In this document: positions 55,789-64,000 of the stretch, in pieces
Layout: the number at the start of each line of letters is the position of its first letter
Position numbering within the stretch: the stretch's first letter is position 1
Origin: an uncultured Chloroflexia bacterium
GTDB taxonomy: Bacteria > Chloroflexota > Limnocylindria > Limnocylindrales > CSP1-4
NCBI GenBank assembly: GCA_963807035.1
Contig: CAWEAL010000003.1
Span: forward strand, 430,716 to 494,715
Length of the DNA: 64,000 nt
Direction: 5' to 3'
The notes under the pieces: model-generated
What the model saw: only the letters and a program-made list of their open reading frames with translations
What the model was told of the DNA's origin: nothing
The model's database searches: none
Program-made: the position numbers and the translations under genes

Positions 55789-57198
55789 GTGCCGGAGTCG
55801 TCCCGAGCGGGGTTCCGTTCGGACGGCGTTCAACCGGCGACGACATCCGCCATCCGCGCCCGGGACGCGTCAACGGAGATCGCTCGCTCGATGACGACCG
55901 CTCGACTGGTTCGCCCGCTCCTGATCGCCGCCTTCCTCGCGTCGCTGTTCGCCGGCTCGTTCACGCCCGACCTCGTCCGCGGCGACGACCTGTCGCAGGC
56001 CCAGGCGCAGCAGCGGGCGATCGCCGCCCAGCTGGCGGCCGAGAAGGCCAAGATGGCGCAGCTGGCGTCGCTCCAGTCCGACCTGGCGACGGCCCTCGCC
56101 GCGACCAAGACCAAGCTGGTCGGGATCAATTCCGACCTGGTCGACGTGAAGGCCAGCATCACGGCCACCCAGATCAAGGTCAATGCCGTCCAGGCCGAGT
56201 ACGACCAGCAGGTCCAGGACCTCGCCAACCTCGACCTGGCCCTGATCGGGCTCGATCGCGAGGAACAGCAGAAGTCGGCCGACCTGGCCCGGGCCAAGGC
56301 CCTCCTGGCCGACCACATCCGGGCAGCCTACGAACAGGATCGAACCTCGATCCTCGAGACGCTCCTCTCGGCCGCTTCGTTCACCGAGGCCGTCGGAGAC
56401 ATCGGCAACCTGATCGACTTCGGCAACCAGGACCACGTCCTGGCGAACCAGATCGCGACCGACCAGGCGACCCTGTTCGCGCTCAACGAGACGACCACCG
56501 CGACCCGGATCCAGACCCAGCAGCTGGCCGACCAGACCGCGGCCCAGAAGACCCAGCTCGACGCGAGCCTGGCCGCCCTGGCTGCCGCCAAGGCCCAGCT
56601 GGCCCTGCTCCAGGCGGCCACCTCCAAGGCCCTGGCGATCCAGCAGGCGACCTTCAACAAGCTCTCGAGCAACGCCGCCGCGCTCAAGCGCGCGATCAAC
56701 GCCGAGGCGGCCGCCGAGGCGTCGATCTCGCAGAAGATCCAGCAGATCCTCAACCAGGGTGGCCAGGGCGGCGGGATCCCGTCGCAATACAACGGCAAGC
56801 TGAACTGGCCGATCGCGGGCGTGGTGACCCAGGAGTTCGGGTGCACCGGCTTCCCCTCGGAGCCGCCCCTCGGGTCGTGCGCCCACTACCACAACGGGAT
56901 CGACATCGCCGATCCGATGTACACCCCGATCCACGCCGCCGCGGACGGCAAGGTCGTCTTCGCCGGACCGCTCTCGGACGGCGCCTGGGTGGTGATCATC
57001 GCCCACTCCAAGAGCCTCCTCACCTGGTACGCCCACGTCGACGACGCCCGCCACCCGATCCCGGTTCGGGTCGGTCAGGAGGTGACCCAGGGCCAGGTGA
57101 TCGCGTATGTCGGGATGACCGGCAACACGACCGGCCCGCACCTCCACTGGATGGTCCAGCTGAACGGCAATTTCGTGAACCCGCGCCTCTTCCTGTAG
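55789..57198 (+). CDS. M23-family metallopeptidase with N-terminal anchor and long coiled coil (EnvC/RipA-like architecture)
   Basis: TM/signal region LLIAAFLASLFAG, about 280 aa of Gln/Ala/Leu coiled coil, then the LytM motifs HNGIDIA and GNTTGPHLHW. Confidence 0.85.
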   Translation: MPESSRAGFRSDGVQPATTSAIRARDASTEIARSMTTARLVRPLLIAAFLASLFAGSFTPDLVRGDDLSQAQAQQRAIAAQLAAEKAKMAQLASLQSDLATALAATKTKLVGINSDLVDVKASITATQIKVNAVQAEYDQQVQDLANLDLALIGLDREEQQKSADLARAKALLADHIRAAYEQDRTSILETLLSAASFTEAVGDIGNLIDFGNQDHVLANQIATDQATLFALNETTTATRIQTQQLADQTAAQKTQLDASLAALAAAKAQLALLQAATSKALAIQQATFNKLSSNAAALKRAINAEAAAEASISQKIQQILNQGGQGGGIPSQYNGKLNWPIAGVVTQEFGCTGFPSEPPLGSCAHYHNGIDIADPMYTPIHAAADGKVVFAGPLSDGAWVVIIAHSKSLLTWYAHVDDARHPIPVRVGQEVTQGQVIAYVGMTGNTTGPHLHWMVQLNGNFVNPRLFL

Positions 57199-57275
57199 CC
57201 AGCGGTCAGGGCGGCGACTAGAATTGCCGCGATGTCGCAGCCGCGACGGGGAGCCGTGACCCGACGGAGGGCGCC

Positions 57276-58667
57276 TTGAAGCCGACGATGGCGGTCATCC
57301 TGGCTGGTGGCGAAGGCGAGCGCCTGTCGATCCTGTCATCGGTGCGGGCCAAGCCGGCGGTCCCGTTCGGGGGCAAGTACCGGATCATCGACTTCACCCT
57401 GAGCAACTGCGTCAACTCCGGGCTCGACAACGTGGTCGTCCTGACCCAGTACAACCCGCGCTCGCTGAACGACCACATCGGCCTCGGCCGGCCGTGGGAC
57501 CTCGACCGGAACACCGGCGGCGTGCGGATGCTCCAGCCGTACATCGCCCGGGGGCGGGTGGCCGAGTGGTATCGGGGCACGGCCGACGCGGTCCTCCAGA
57601 ACTGGAACGTGATCGAGCACGACCCGTGCGACACGGTCCTGGTCCTGGCCGGCGACCACATCTACAAGATGGATTACACCCCGTTCATCGCCGCCCACCG
57701 GCGGCGCCGGGCCGACGTCACGATCGCCGTCCGCCGGGTGCCCCTCGCTGACGCCACCCGGATGGGCATCCTGGCGATCGACGACAACAACCGGATCACC
57801 GAGTTCCAGGAGAAGCCCAAGGCGCCCAAGAGCGATCTTGCCAGCATGGGCGTGTACGTCTTCAGCAAGCGCGCCCTGCGCACCTGGCTGGCGGAGGATC
57901 GCTTCGACTTCGGCGCCAATGTCGTGCCGGCGATGATCGAAGGCGGCGCCCGGGTCTTCGGCTATCGCTTTGACGGCTACTGGCAGGACGTTGGGACGAT
58001 CCAGTCGTACTGGGAAGCGAACATGGCCCTGGTCGAGGAGCACCCCGAGCTCGACCTGTACGACCGCGACTGGTTGATCCACACCCGCTCGGAGGAGCGC
58101 GCCCCGGCCAAGATCGGCCAGACCGCCCAGATCCACCGGAGCCTGATCAGCCACGGCTGCGTGATCAACGGGACGGTGGTCAACAGCGTGCTGTCGCCCG
58201 GCGTCCGGGTCGAGGTCGGGGCGGTCGTCCGCGATTCGATCGTGATGTTCGACACGGTGATTCGGCAGGGCGCGATCATCGAGCGGGCGATCCTCGACAA
58301 GGAGGTCGTCGTCGGTCCCGGGGCGGTGGTCGGCGACGGGCCCGACGGGCCGCCCAACAAGCAGGAGCCGGGCCGGCTCAACTCGGGCATCACGGTCGTT
58401 GGCAAGCGGGCGATGATCCCGCGCGGCCAGCGGATCGGGCGCAACGTGAAGGTCGGCGGCGACGTCCGAGCGGCCGACTTCACCAGCCGGAACATCCGCA
58501 GCGGCGACTCGGTCATGCACCCGGTCGGGCTCGGCCAGGCTGGCCGGCCGGGCTCCGCCCACGGTGCGGCCGGGCCGGCCAAGGCGGTGGCCAAGTCGAG
58601 CGCGGCCAAGGCCGCCGCCTCGGCGGTCCGGGCGATCGGCTCCGATGTCGACGGAGTCGCCGGCTAG
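57276..58667 (+). CDS. glgC: glucose-1-phosphate adenylyltransferase
   Basis: The motifs are [14 protein letters not shown]...[24 protein letters not shown] and a left-handed beta-helix C-domain. GGAGGG lies 5 nt upstream of TTG 57276, and ATG 57288 is an alternative start. It carries an Ala-rich C-terminal extension. Confidence 0.88.
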   Translation: MKPTMAVILAGGEGERLSILSSVRAKPAVPFGGKYRIIDFTLSNCVNSGLDNVVVLTQYNPRSLNDHIGLGRPWDLDRNTGGVRMLQPYIARGRVAEWYRGTADAVLQNWNVIEHDPCDTVLVLAGDHIYKMDYTPFIAAHRRRRADVTIAVRRVPLADATRMGILAIDDNNRITEFQEKPKAPKSDLASMGVYVFSKRALRTWLAEDRFDFGANVVPAMIEGGARVFGYRFDGYWQDVGTIQSYWEANMALVEEHPELDLYDRDWLIHTRSEERAPAKIGQTAQIHRSLISHGCVINGTVVNSVLSPGVRVEVGAVVRDSIVMFDTVIRQGAIIERAILDKEVVVGPGAVVGDGPDGPPNKQEPGRLNSGITVVGKRAMIPRGQRIGRNVKVGGDVRAADFTSRNIRSGDSVMHPVGLGQAGRPGSAHGAAGPAKAVAKSSAAKAAASAVRAIGSDVDGVAG

Positions 58668-58733
58668 TCGGGCCTCCCGAACGCCGTGAGCACAACCGCG
58701 GGCGGCCTGACCGACGATCCGGGGGTCGTGGGC

Positions 58734-58739
58734 TAGACT
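58734..58739 (+). promoter_or_regulatory. -10 element TAGACT, 7 nt upstream of ATG 58747
   Basis: The sequence reads ggcTAGACTccccgtcATG. Confidence 0.4.
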
Positions 58740-58746
58740 CCCCGTC

Positions 58747-59265
58747 ATGCCTGCGCAGGACGACAGCCCGACTCCCGCGCTCGTCGAGGCCTGGCTGGCC
58801 GAGCTCGGGATCGTCCCGACGGCTCGGGTCGACCGGGACGGCGCGGTCGCCTGGGACCTCGTCCTCGACGGCCGGCGGCGCTTCGATATCCGGCTGACCG
58901 TGATCCTCGATCCGGCGATGGGCCTGATCACCTGGGTCCACTTCGCACCGCCGATCGGCGACGGCCTGCGCAAGTCGTACCACCGGCTGCTGCGCTGGAA
59001 CGACGAGTTCCCGTTCGTGAAGTTCTCCCTGGCCGAGGACGGCCGGCCCACGCTGAGCAGCGAGATCCCGCTCCGGATCCTCGACCGCGACGAGCTGGGG
59101 GTCGCCCTCGTCCGCTCGCTCGCGATCTGCGACGCGCTCCTCGAGGAGTCGGCGGGCTGGCTGTGGATCGGCGGGCGGATCCCCGACCCGGCCGGTCGGG
59201 TCGGCCGCAATCCCGGCCTGTTCGAGCGCTATGCCGGCCGCCTGCCGGAGCTGCTCGGGTCGTGA
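58747..59265 (+). CDS. YbjN-like (type III secretion chaperone-fold) protein
   Basis: 172-aa ORF. The family call rests on size, predicted alpha/beta layout and the motif LLRWNDEFPFVKFSLAEDG. It is a moderate call. Confidence 0.5.
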   Translation: MPAQDDSPTPALVEAWLAELGIVPTARVDRDGAVAWDLVLDGRRRFDIRLTVILDPAMGLITWVHFAPPIGDGLRKSYHRLLRWNDEFPFVKFSLAEDGRPTLSSEIPLRILDRDELGVALVRSLAICDALLEESAGWLWIGGRIPDPAGRVGRNPGLFERYAGRLPELLGS

Positions 59266-59270
59266 CCCCG

Positions 59271-61409
59271 ATGATCCGGGGGCAGGGCAAGGCGGCGCTC
59301 CTGGCGCTCGGCCTCGGCCTCGGCCTGCTGGTCGGCGCCCCGCTGCCCGGACGTGATCCGGCCGTTGCGGCCGCCGCCGGTCCGGGCCTGACAATGGTCG
59401 GCGCTGCGACGTACGACGTCCGCCCGGCCGATCACCTTGTCCACGTGAGCGTCCAGCTGGCGGTCACGAACCACCTGTCGGACACCGTGATCCGGCGCTA
59501 CACGTTCAGCCAGGTCGAGGTGTCGGTGCCGCCCACAGCGGCCCATCCGTCGGCTACCGCCGGGCCGAAGAAGGTCCCGCTCAGCGTGCTCAGCCGGAGC
59601 TCGACCCAGCAGCTCCTGTCGGTGGGCCTGGGCGGCGCGCTCGGCGCGGGCAAGACGACGACCGTGGCCCTCGCCTTCGACCTGCCCGATCCGGGCGGCG
59701 CTCCCGGACGGGCGATCCGGATCGGTCCCACCCTGATCACGTTCCCGGTGTGGGCCTACGGCTCGGCCGGCCTGGCCGGCTCGAGCGTCGTCGTCCGATT
59801 CCCGTCGGGCTACGACGTCCGGGTGGTGTCCGGATCGCTGGGCAAGCCGGTCACCGCGCCGGACGGCAGCATTTCGGTGACGGCCGGCTCGATTCCCGAT
59901 CCCCTGACGTTCAATGCGGTCGTGGCCGCCGACCAGCCGGGCAACTTCACCAGCACGACGGTCGACCTCGTGGTCGACGGCCAGCCGGCGAGCGTGATCG
60001 TCCGAGCCTGGCCGGACGATCCGGCCTGGGGCACCCGGATGAGCAACCTCGTCCGGACCAGCCTGCCGCTACTGGCCAACCAGATCGGCCTGCCGTTCCA
60101 GCCGGCCAGCCCGACGCTCGCGGTCGAGGAGGCGCTGCCGCGCTCGATCGATGGCTACGCCGCAACCTATCTCCCGGCCGAGGGCCGGATCCAGATCGCG
60201 TACACCGCGGATGACACGATCGCCCTGCACGAGCTGGCCCATCTGTGGTTCGACGGCTCGCTCTTCTCCGATCGCTGGATCGCCGATGGGTTCGCGATCT
60301 TCTACGGCAACGCCGTGGCCCGCGAGCTCAAGCTCAAGCCGGCCGACGAGTCGATCACTGCGGCGCTGGCCGCGGCTGCGCTGCCCCTCAACACCTGGAC
60401 CGGCGCTGATCCCAGCACGACAACCGGCACCGCGTCTGCCGATTTGACCGATCGGTATGGTCGCGCCGCCTCGCTGGCGGTCGCCTCCCAGCTCTACGAC
60501 CTGGTCGGTCCGGACGGTCTCCAGGCGGTCTGGCGGGCAGCCTCGGGGCGCGAGGCCGCCTACCAGCCGGAGGGCCAGATCGGGCCCTCGGACGTGAGCA
60601 GCGGGCCGCCTGACTGGCGTGGCTTTCTCGACCTGCTCGCCGAGCGGACCGGCGTCGACGCCTCGAGCCTGTGGTCGACCTGGGTCGTCACGCCGGGAGA
60701 ACGGCCGCTGCTGGCCGCGCGAACCGCCGCCCGGGCCGCCTTCCAGGCGCTCGAAGACCGGGCCGCGACGTGGCCCATCCCCCATTCCCTCCTCGACGCG
60801 ATGAACAGCTGGCAGTTCGACCCGGCGTCGAGCCTGCTGACGGGCCTCGGCCAGGTCCTCGACCAGCGCGACCGGATCGCGAACGCGGCCGCCGCCGCCG
60901 GCCTCACCCCGCCCTCGACACTGGCCACGGCGTTCGAGCAGGGAACGAGCGGCAGCGCCTTGACCGAGGCCTCGAACGAGCTCCAGGTGATCGACGCGAT
61001 CGACGCGGCCAGCTCGGCCGAGCCCGAGCCGCCGTCGCTGTTCGACACGATCGGGCTGATCGGGACGGACCCGGCGGCGGACCTGGCCGCAGCCGGCACG
61101 GCCTTCGCGGCCGGCAACCTGGGTGCGGCCCGGGACGACGCCCTCGCCGCCGACACGGCCTGGAGCCAGGCGGACGACGTCGGCAGCTTCCGGGTCCGGG
61201 TAACGATCGCGTCGCTCCTGGTGGCCGGCGTCCTGCTCGGCTACGTCATCCTCCAGCTCCGCCGGCTGGGCCGCCTCGGCCGGCGGGCGCGGAGGCGGGC
61301 CATGATGGCCGGTTCGCGGCACGGCTCGCGCGGTACACTCGCCCACCAACCGGTTCGGATGGCCAGACGCATCCGACCCGGGCCGGATGAGGGAGACAAG
61401 TCGCCCTGA
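59271..61409 (+). CDS. secreted, C-terminally membrane-anchored M1-like (gluzincin) metallopeptidase-domain protein
   Basis: The signal peptide follows ATG 59271. The zinc motif is IALHELAHLWF, followed by DRWIADGFAIFYG (an M1-like WLxEGFA with Asp). The C-terminus has the TM helix IASLLVAGVLLGYVILQL and a basic tail. Confidence 0.6.
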   Translation: MIRGQGKAALLALGLGLGLLVGAPLPGRDPAVAAAAGPGLTMVGAATYDVRPADHLVHVSVQLAVTNHLSDTVIRRYTFSQVEVSVPPTAAHPSATAGPKKVPLSVLSRSSTQQLLSVGLGGALGAGKTTTVALAFDLPDPGGAPGRAIRIGPTLITFPVWAYGSAGLAGSSVVVRFPSGYDVRVVSGSLGKPVTAPDGSISVTAGSIPDPLTFNAVVAADQPGNFTSTTVDLVVDGQPASVIVRAWPDDPAWGTRMSNLVRTSLPLLANQIGLPFQPASPTLAVEEALPRSIDGYAATYLPAEGRIQIAYTADDTIALHELAHLWFDGSLFSDRWIADGFAIFYGNAVARELKLKPADESITAALAAAALPLNTWTGADPSTTTGTASADLTDRYGRAASLAVASQLYDLVGPDGLQAVWRAASGREAAYQPEGQIGPSDVSSGPPDWRGFLDLLAERTGVDASSLWSTWVVTPGERPLLAARTAARAAFQALEDRAATWPIPHSLLDAMNSWQFDPASSLLTGLGQVLDQRDRIANAAAAAGLTPPSTLATAFEQGTSGSALTEASNELQVIDAIDAASSAEPEPPSLFDTIGLIGTDPAADLAAAGTAFAAGNLGAARDDALAADTAWSQADDVGSFRVRVTIASLLVAGVLLGYVILQLRRLGRLGRRARRRAMMAGSRHGSRGTLAHQPVRMARRIRPGPDEGDKSP

Positions 61410-62443
61410 TGGGAATTGCACGAAGCCGGCCGTCGTCCGAGATCCTGTCCGGCGATTCGGCCGATGTCTACTTCGCGCGCGCCGAGAGCATCCTCGCCCG
61501 GGAGGGTCTCGACCCGCTCGTGTCGATGGAGGTCTTCGCTCGCGAGGCGGCGATCCTGTGCGGGATCGACGAAGCCAAGAACCTGCTGGCCCACGTCCTG
61601 GTCGACGCCGACCCGGCGGAGACGACAGTCGAGGCGCTCGACGATGGCGACCGGATCGAGCCCAAGGAGATCGTCCTCCGGATCCGAGCCCGCTATCGAC
61701 GGTTCGGCCTGTACGAGACTGCCTTCCTTGGGATGCTCGCCCAGTCGACGGGCTGGGCGAGTGCCGCCCGTGAAGTCGTCGAGGCGGCCGCACCCCAGCC
61801 GGTGATCAGCTTCGGCGCCCGCCACGTGCATCCCGACATCACCGATGTCCTCGACTACGCCGCGATCGTGGGCGGTTGCGTCGGCGCCTCGACCCCGGCC
61901 GGGGCACGGCTGGCCGGCCTGAGCCCGACCGGGACAATGCCCCATTCACTCGTCCTCATCTTCGGCGACACGGTTCGCGCGGCCGAGGCGTTCGATCGGG
62001 ACCTCGCGCCGGACGTCTCGCGGATCGTCCTGGTCGACACGTTCAAGGACGAGGCTGAAGAGGCCCTCCGGGTCGCCCATGCCCTCGGCGACCGCCTGTA
62101 CGGGATCCGGCTCGACACGCCGTCAGAGCGCGGGCGGGTCACCGCCGACCTGGTCAAGGAGGTCCGCGCTCGTCTCGACCTCGAAGGCTTCCAGCACGTC
62201 AAGATCGTCATCTCCGGGGGCCTGACCCCGGAGCGGATCGGCTACTTCCGGGACCAGGGCGCGCCGGTCGACTCGTACGCGGTCGGGAGCTACATCAGCG
62301 GCGCCACGCCGATCGACTTCACCGGTGACATCAAGGAGATCGACGGCCGGCCGATCGCGAAGCGCGGCCGGATCCCCGGCCTGACCGACAGCCCGCGCCT
62401 CCGCCCGGTCGACCTCGGAGCCTGGCGCGCGGGCGCCGGCTGA
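61409..62443 (+). CDS. nicotinate phosphoribosyltransferase (type II PRTase family)
   Basis: 344-aa ORF. The ATG overlaps the previous TGA by 1 nt. The motifs are SGDSADVYFARAESIL, FGARHVHP, GTMPHSLV, IRLDTPSERG and KIVISGGL. Confidence 0.7.
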   Translation: MGIARSRPSSEILSGDSADVYFARAESILAREGLDPLVSMEVFAREAAILCGIDEAKNLLAHVLVDADPAETTVEALDDGDRIEPKEIVLRIRARYRRFGLYETAFLGMLAQSTGWASAAREVVEAAAPQPVISFGARHVHPDITDVLDYAAIVGGCVGASTPAGARLAGLSPTGTMPHSLVLIFGDTVRAAEAFDRDLAPDVSRIVLVDTFKDEAEEALRVAHALGDRLYGIRLDTPSERGRVTADLVKEVRARLDLEGFQHVKIVISGGLTPERIGYFRDQGAPVDSYAVGSYISGATPIDFTGDIKEIDGRPIAKRGRIPGLTDSPRLRPVDLGAWRAGAG

Positions 62444-62461
62444 GCTGCCCTCCGGGGTCGT

Positions 62462-63046
62462 TCAGCTCGAACCGGCGGCCCTCAGCCGAGCGAGCCAGAA
62501 GAGGCCGACGATCGACTTTGCATCGCAGATCTCACCGCGTTCAGCCGCGGCGACCGCCTCCGCCCAGGGCAGGCGAATGAGCTCGAGCCGTTCGTCCGCC
62601 TCCGGGCCCAGGCGGTCATCCTGGGCCGGCGACAGGTCGGTCGCCAGGTACAGGTGCATCAGCTCCGAGGCGAAGCCGGGCACGGTCCAGAAGGCGCCCA
62701 GCTTGCGCCAGGTCGCTGCCCGGTAGCCGGTCTCCTCCTCGAGCTCGCGCGGAGCGGCCAGCTCCGGGTCCTCGATCGTCCGGCTCACCGGATCGACGAT
62801 GTCGAGGGTTCCGGCCGGGATCTCGAGGAGGACTTGTGCGGCTGCGGTCCGCCATTGGCGGACCAGCAGGACCCGGTCCTGGGGATCGAGGGCGACGATC
62901 GCGACCGCGCCCGGATGGCCGAGGACCTCCCGGGCAAATTCGTGGCCGTCGCTGAAGCGGACCGTCTCGATCCGGAAATCGCCGATCCGGCCGCGATAGA
63001 GGACCTCCGTGGCGATGACTGTCTCGCGGAGGTCCTCGTCACCCAT
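62462..63046 (-). CDS. NUDIX hydrolase (ADP-ribose pyrophosphatase NudF-like)
   Basis: The motifs are HPGAVAIVALD, LLVRQWR, the Nudix box EIPAGTLD...AAPRELEEETGY, and PGFASELMHLYLA. Confidence 0.85.
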   Translation of the reverse strand: MGDEDLRETVIATEVLYRGRIGDFRIETVRFSDGHEFAREVLGHPGAVAIVALDPQDRVLLVRQWRTAAAQVLLEIPAGTLDIVDPVSRTIEDPELAAPRELEEETGYRAATWRKLGAFWTVPGFASELMHLYLATDLSPAQDDRLGPEADERLELIRLPWAEAVAAAERGEICDAKSIVGLFWLARLRAAGSS

Positions 63047-63087
63047 CCCTGACCCCGTCCGTGGCCTCGTTCCGCTCGCCGAGGCGA

Positions 63088-64000
63088 TCAGGCGGTCGCC
63101 GCGACGGGTGCGTCGCCGCGGATCACTGCTCCGCTGTCCGAGTCGAACAGGTGGAGCTTGTCGAGCGACAGCCTGAGCGTCAGGAGGTCACCCGGATGGA
63201 CGAGATTCGCCGAGCTGACGATCGCGACGAGATCGTGGTCCTCGAGCGAGAGGTGGAGCAGCTCGTCGTTGCCGAGATACTCGACCACATCGGCCGTCAC
63301 CCGGAACGACGCCTCGTTCGCGCCGGCCTCGCCGATGTCGAGATGCTCGGGCCGGAAGCCGGCGATCAGGGTCTTGCCGTGGACCGAGGCGGCCGCGGCC
63401 CGGAGGCGCGGCGGCAGCGGGATCGAGATGCCCGGTCCGCTCAGGACGGCGGCATCGCCGATGCCCGAGGCGGTGACCGTCACGAAGTTCATCGCCGGGC
63501 TGCCGATGAAGCCGGCGACGAAGCGATTGACCGGATGGTCGTACAGCTCCTGGGGCGTGCCGACCTGCTGGAGCAGGCCGTCGGTCATCACCGCGATCCG
63601 GGTGCCCATCGTCATCGCCTCGACCTGGTCGTGGGTGACGTAGACCATCGTCGTGCCCAGGCGCTGGTGCAGCCGGGCGATCTCGGCCCGGGTCTGGACG
63701 CGCAGCTTGGCGTCGAGGTTCGACAGCGGCTCGTCCATCAGGAAGACGGCCGGCTCGCGCACGATCGCCCGTCCGAGGGCGACGCGCTGGCGCTGGCCGC
63801 CGGACAGCTCCTTGGGCTTGCGGTCGAGCAGGCTCGACAGCTGGATCGTGTCCGCCGCCTCCTTGACCCGGCGCTCGATCTCCGGCTTGGGGACCTTGCG
63901 CAGCTTCAGCCCGAAGGCGAGGTTGTCGCGCACCGTCATGTGCGGGTAGAGGGCGTAGCTCTGGAAGACCATCGCGATGTCGCGATCCTTCGGGGCGACG
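63088..64000 (-). CDS. sugar/glycerol-3-phosphate-type ABC transporter ATP-binding protein (MalK/UgpC/MsiK-like), 5' end outside window
   Basis: The motifs are VFQSYALYPHMTV, the signature LSGGQRQRVALGRA, Walker B FLMDEPLSNLD, the H-loop YVTHDQ, and a C-terminal TOBE/regulatory domain. The reading frame stays open to the window edge. Confidence 0.88.
   Translation of the reverse strand, partial: VAPKDRDIAMVFQSYALYPHMTVRDNLAFGLKLRKVPKPEIERRVKEAADTIQLSSLLDRKPKELSGGQRQRVALGRAIVREPAVFLMDEPLSNLDAKLRVQTRAEIARLHQRLGTTMVYVTHDQVEAMTMGTRIAVMTDGLLQQVGTPQELYDHPVNRFVAGFIGSPAMNFVTVTASGIGDAAVLSGPGISIPLPPRLRAAAASVHGKTLIAGFRPEHLDIGEAGANEASFRVTADVVEYLGNDELLHLSLEDHDLVAIVSSANLVHPGDLLTLRLSLDKLHLFDSDSGAVIRGDAPVAATA

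Noticed and set aside
1-64000. Mobile elements, a prophage, CRISPR arrays, tRNA or rRNA genes, or a compositional island.
   Set aside because: I found no transposase, integrase or recombinase-like ORF. There are no regularly spaced direct repeats and no tRNA T-arm or 16S/23S-like sequence. There is no extended low-GC segment, and the only AT-richer spots are short promoter-like hexamers.

Overview
This is a 64 kb, very GC-rich (roughly 70%) chromosomal segment. Gene content fits a high-GC Terrabacteria genome, most consistent with Actinomycetota: F420/deazaflavin enzymes, a PAC2 protein, DinB, class II RNR, and many leaderless-type promoters. Chloroflexota cannot be excluded. I can support about 55 protein-coding genes, tightly packed and often joined by GTGA/ATGA/TGATG start-stop overlaps. 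I saw no rRNA, tRNA, CRISPR array, transposase, integrase or prophage signature.

Main content, in order:
- A cyclase-STAND-TPR signalling gene with a divergent stand-alone cNMP-binding gene.
- A SatD/DUF3307 pair.
- A CocE/NonD hydrolase.
- A long NUDIX-PhzF-sarcosine-oxidase-like-peptide-ABC-DinB operon, facing a GcvT-like gene.
- An MFS transporter and an ABC-2 exporter.
- Tag, a SpoIID-domain protein and a 2-TM K+ channel.
- An operon encoding a GIY-YIG-like/GreA fusion plus an SbcD/SbcC (YhaO/YhaN)-like pair, next to a DEAD-box helicase and an HhH-GPD glycosylase.
- msrA, then small detox-type genes (APH, VOC, DUF4440, F420 enzymes).
- A HipA-like kinase/DUF3037 pair.
- PAC2, then nrdJ with an NrdR box and a ~460-nt leader.
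- uppS-ccsA, HAD, add, an NmrA-like gene, pepA, a prepilin peptidase, an M23 peptidase and glgC.
- A YbjN-like/M1-like peptidase/NAPRT operon, a NUDIX gene, and a truncated sugar-ABC ATPase.

Caveat: four blocks (about 4240-5410, 11735-13300, 42800-45400 and 50540-55650) plus three isolated sites are riddled with single-base frameshifts inside otherwise recognisable housekeeping genes. The rest of the window is clean. I read this as assembly or polishing error rather than biology.

The most interesting candidate for an undescribed system is the GIY-YIG-like nuclease-GreA fusion, translationally linked to the SbcD/SbcC-like pair (27881-33282). All homology calls were made by eye from motifs, with no searches run.
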